Part shown: in pieces, positions 24,096 through 26,204 of the stretch | How the letters are laid out: each line of letters opens with the position of its first letter | Position numbering within the stretch: the first letter of the stretch is position 1 | From: a virus | Lineage: Duplodnaviria > Caudoviricetes | Virus record (IMG/VR): IMGVR_UViG_3300031965_001282 | Span: 1-26,204 of that record | DNA: 26,204 nucleotides | Reading direction: 5' to 3' (one strand) | Notes under the pieces: model-generated | The model's database searches: none | The model's input: the letters and a program-made list of their open reading frames with translations, nothing else | What the model was told of the DNA's origin: nothing | Position numbers and translations under genes: made by a program

Positions 24096-24216
24096 CGGCC
24101 TGGGGGTGGGGGCTCTGGTGGAAGCCGAAGGGGGCTCCCTTGCCTTCTCCCGCTCGTCGAGGCTTCCTGTCGCTCCCCGGTGCCGCGTGCCGGAGCGGGG
24201 AGGACGGAGCGCCCCG

Positions 24217-24606
24217 ATGGACCACCGCCGAGACCACCAGCCGCACGACGAGATCCGGTGCGGGCGGCTCGTGGTGGTGGACGGCGAGGGGCGGCCACGG
24301 CTGGTCCTGGAAGTCGTCGCCATGGGCGACCCCCGGAACGGCGGGGTCAAGGAAGTGCCCCGGGTCTCCCTCCTCGGCGAGCGTGGCCGTCCCGTCCTGG
24401 TCCTGGAGGTCGACGCCCGGGGCGAGGCCCGGGTCCAGGTAGGCGACCCCGAGAGGGGGCCGCTGGCCGAGGTCGAGCCCGGGGTCGTGCTGCTCGGGTG
24501 GGGAGGGAACGCACGGGTGGTGGCCGTGGCCAGGGAGGGTGGGGGTGTGGTGCACCTCTGCGACGAGGACGGGGCGCCGGTGCTCCGGCTGCCGGAGGAG
24601 GGGTAG
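24217..24606 (+). CDS. Hypothetical beta-strand repeat protein (129 aa)
   Basis: GGAGGACGGAG upstream of ATG 24217 and strong GC3 bias. Internal repeats RLVVVDGEGRPRLVL / RVSLLGERGRPVLVL / VHLCDEDGAPVLRL. Confidence 0.7.
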   Translation: MDHRRDHQPHDEIRCGRLVVVDGEGRPRLVLEVVAMGDPRNGGVKEVPRVSLLGERGRPVLVLEVDARGEARVQVGDPERGPLAEVEPGVVLLGWGGNARVVAVAREGGGVVHLCDEDGAPVLRLPEEG

Positions 24607-24621
24607 TCCCGGCCCTCGGGC

Positions 24622-24867
24622 CTACTTCCTCTTCCCCAGGAACCGATCCAACGCGGCACCCGGCTCCACCCCGCAGGCCTTGGCCCAGTCACAGAACTCC
24701 GCCACGTCGACCCGACGGTTGCCCGTCTCGCAGTTGTAGATCCAGCTCTGGGGCTTCTTCAGCCTCAGGCCCAGGTCGCGCTGGGTGAGCCCGGCTTCCT
24801 CGCGGAGTGCCCGGAGAAGGGGGAGGAGACGGCGGTACTTGCGTGAATGCTGGGCCTTGGTCGCCAT
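24622..24867 (-). CDS. XRE-family HTH transcriptional regulator (81 aa)
   Basis: LRALREEAGLTQRDLG..LKKPQSWIYNCETGNRRVDVAEF is a typical HTH_3/XRE signature. Confidence 0.92.
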   Translation of the reverse strand: MATKAQHSRKYRRLLPLLRALREEAGLTQRDLGLRLKKPQSWIYNCETGNRRVDVAEFCDWAKACGVEPGAALDRFLGKRK

Positions 24868-24895
24868 GGCCCCGGGAGGATCGCGCCGGCGGGGC

Positions 24896-24915
24896 TTGAC
24901 ACGAGTTGCGTGTCA
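24896..24915. promoter_or_regulatory. Palindromic operator candidate overlapping a TTGACA -35 hexamer
   Basis: TGACACG-AGTTG-CGTGTCA (24897-24915) and TTGACA at 24896-24901, between the XRE gene and the divergent membrane-protein genes. No good -10 box seen. Confidence 0.55.
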
Positions 24916-24968
24916 GGCGAAGCTCGGCTCGCGAGGGGACGGTCCCTCTTGTTTGCCAGGAGGTGGGT

Positions 24969-25250
24969 ATGCCCAGATTGCGCCGCAGCCGCGCCACAGA
25001 CCACTGTGTCGAGGCCCTCCTGGGATTCGGTGCTCTGGCATTGTTCGGCCTGTTCCTCCTCTCCATGGAGCTGGGCCTTCACCGAAACTCCACCGGCTTC
25101 TGGGTCTTGTCGCTCGGCGCCGGAGGTGCCTACCTCTCGATGGCTTTCGCCTGGTTCTCTGGGCGGGAGCAGGACGGGGTGCCCAGCGATGCAGGGGACA
25201 CCACGACGGGCTCGATACAGCGCCCCTCAGGAAGGACACCAGAATCGTAG
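24969..25250 (+). CDS. Small hypothetical membrane protein with two hydrophobic segments (93 aa)
   Basis: AGGAGGT RBS before ATG 24969. Hydrophobic stretches ALLGFGALALFGLFLLSM and FWVLSLGAGGAYLSMAFAWF. Confidence 0.6.
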   Translation: MPRLRRSRATDHCVEALLGFGALALFGLFLLSMELGLHRNSTGFWVLSLGAGGAYLSMAFAWFSGREQDGVPSDAGDTTTGSIQRPSGRTPES

Positions 25251-25253
25251 GCG

Positions 25254-25562
25254 ATGGGATCTGAAGGCGAGAGACAATGCCCCTACTGCGCCGAGACGAT
25301 CAGGCGGGCCGCGGTGGTCTGTCGGTTCTGCGGTAGGGATCTCGACACTGGTCAGGTACAGGCGCGAAGCGGAGTCATGGATGGTGTCAAGCTCGGATGT
25401 GGCATGTTCATTCTCTTGCCAATCCTACTACTCATTGGCCCCATAGCCGCCATCATCCTGTTGAGCATGATCCGAGGCTGTGATTCTGAGGGTGTCGAGT
25501 CGGGATTCAACGATGCAACGAACCCGGCTGTTGGCAACGTCATCAGCCAATCGCCGCCCTGA
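25254..25562 (+). CDS. Zinc-ribbon membrane protein (102 aa)
   Basis: CPYCAETI...VVCRFCGRDL double CxxC motif followed by a long hydrophobic helix MFILLPILLLIGPIAAIILLSMI. Confidence 0.75.
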   Translation: MGSEGERQCPYCAETIRRAAVVCRFCGRDLDTGQVQARSGVMDGVKLGCGMFILLPILLLIGPIAAIILLSMIRGCDSEGVESGFNDATNPAVGNVISQSPP

Positions 25563-26204
25563 GCCTCTCCCCGTCGACCCTGGCGTAGACCAAGGTGCTC
25601 GCGATGCTCCGGTGGCGGAGAGCCGCCTGGACGAGTCCCAGGTCGCCGGTGCGGGCGTAGAGCCGGGTCGCGAAGCTGTGGCGGAGCGCGTGGGGTGAAG
25701 CGGCCCTCGTGATCCCCGCCGCCTCGACGGCCTTCCGGAATCGCCGCTGGACGTGCCTCGGGCAGAGGCTCCACCCGGACCGTGACCCGAAGAGCACGCC
25801 CTCGGTCCGGTCGCAGACCCAGGTCGCGAGCACGCGCGTCACCTCCCGTGAGATGGGCAACCGGTCAGGCCGGCTGCCCTTCGCGCATCGGATCACCAGC
25901 TCACGGGCCTGGAGGTCCACGTCCTCGACCCTCAGGGCCAGCGCGGACCCGAGCCGGATCCCGGTCCCGAGCATGGTGCGGACGAGCGCCGCGTCCCGCC
26001 GGGCCTCGTAGGTGTCGTCGCCGTCGAGGACAGCCAGGAGCCGCCGCTGCTCGTCATCGGTGAGCGCCCGGGGTGGCGGCGGCGAGCAGATGGCCCGCCG
26101 GAGAAGCCGGCTCGGGTCCTGGTGGACCACGCCTGCGCGGTGCAGATAGCAGAAGAACCCGCGAAGGCTCGATCGCATCGCGTTGACCGAGGTCCCGACC
26201 TTGG
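25543..26204 (-). CDS. Tyrosine recombinase, XerC/D-like, 5' end outside the window
   Basis: RDAALV..MLGTGIRLGSALAL (catalytic R), KG, HALRHSFAT (HxxR) and LRHRSIASTLVY (H...Y). The frame stays open to the window edge (..KVGTSVNAMRSS..). Confidence 0.93.
   Translation of the reverse strand, partial: KVGTSVNAMRSSLRGFFCYLHRAGVVHQDPSRLLRRAICSPPPPRALTDDEQRRLLAVLDGDDTYEARRDAALVRTMLGTGIRLGSALALRVEDVDLQARELVIRCAKGSRPDRLPISREVTRVLATWVCDRTEGVLFGSRSGWSLCPRHVQRRFRKAVEAAGITRAASPHALRHSFATRLYARTGDLGLVQAALRHRSIASTLVYARVDGERLRAAIG

Larger units (their letters stand above)
12007..26204. mobile_element. Phage-related integrative element (satellite-like or defective prophage). Boundaries uncertain and it runs off the right edge.
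   Basis: Serine recombinase/DUF2924 module, primase-helicase, DUF669, ParB-MTase, large terminase, XRE regulator and tyrosine recombinase are clustered together. No host housekeeping genes are present. Confidence 0.8.

Noticed and set aside
23582-24298. ORFs crossing iteron modules B and C (e.g. 23667..23978, 23582..23872, 23942..24298)
   Set aside because: Their translations merely spell the DNA repeat (GEPGEP / EAPQ), and the layout is conserved at DNA level in both orientations. They are treated as non-coding, although a decayed duplicate of the replicase 3' end cannot be ruled out.
24622-24867. XRE protein as the controller (C) protein of the R-M system
   Set aside because: It lies over 12 kb from the hsd genes, C proteins are mainly associated with type II systems, and I found no copy of its adjacent palindrome upstream of hsdM or hsdR.

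Overview
GC-rich bacterial accessory region with two convergent parts and no rRNA, tRNA or CRISPR array that I can support. (1) 351-11996 (+) is a defence operon: a complete type I restriction-modification locus (hsdM, hsdS, hsdR). A Sir2-HerA pair sits between hsdM and hsdS, and an AlbA_2/Schlafen-HATPase-wHTH gene sits between hsdS and hsdR. The first five genes are chained by 4-nt stop/start overlaps. (2) ~12007 to beyond 26204 is a phage-related integrative element. Its minus-strand arm carries an orphan gene, a 1040-aa primase/Fe-S-like/SF3-helicase replicase, DUF669, a SpoVG-like gene, small ORFs, DUF2924, a large serine recombinase and a small HTH gene. Its divergent arm carries a ParB-MTase, a PnuC-like membrane protein and a large terminase, with no recognisable small terminase, portal or capsid gene in the window. 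An XRE regulator, two small membrane proteins and a tyrosine recombinase cut by the window edge follow. The strongest unexplained signal is three copies of a ~106-117 bp module, each built from six GGGGAGCCT 9-mers with identical internal spacing (2/10/38/0 nt) but divergent spacers. One copy lies inside the replicase gene and two form a head-to-head pair after terL, which resembles the ori/crr arrangement of satellite phage P4. All family calls come from motif recognition by eye. No database search was run.
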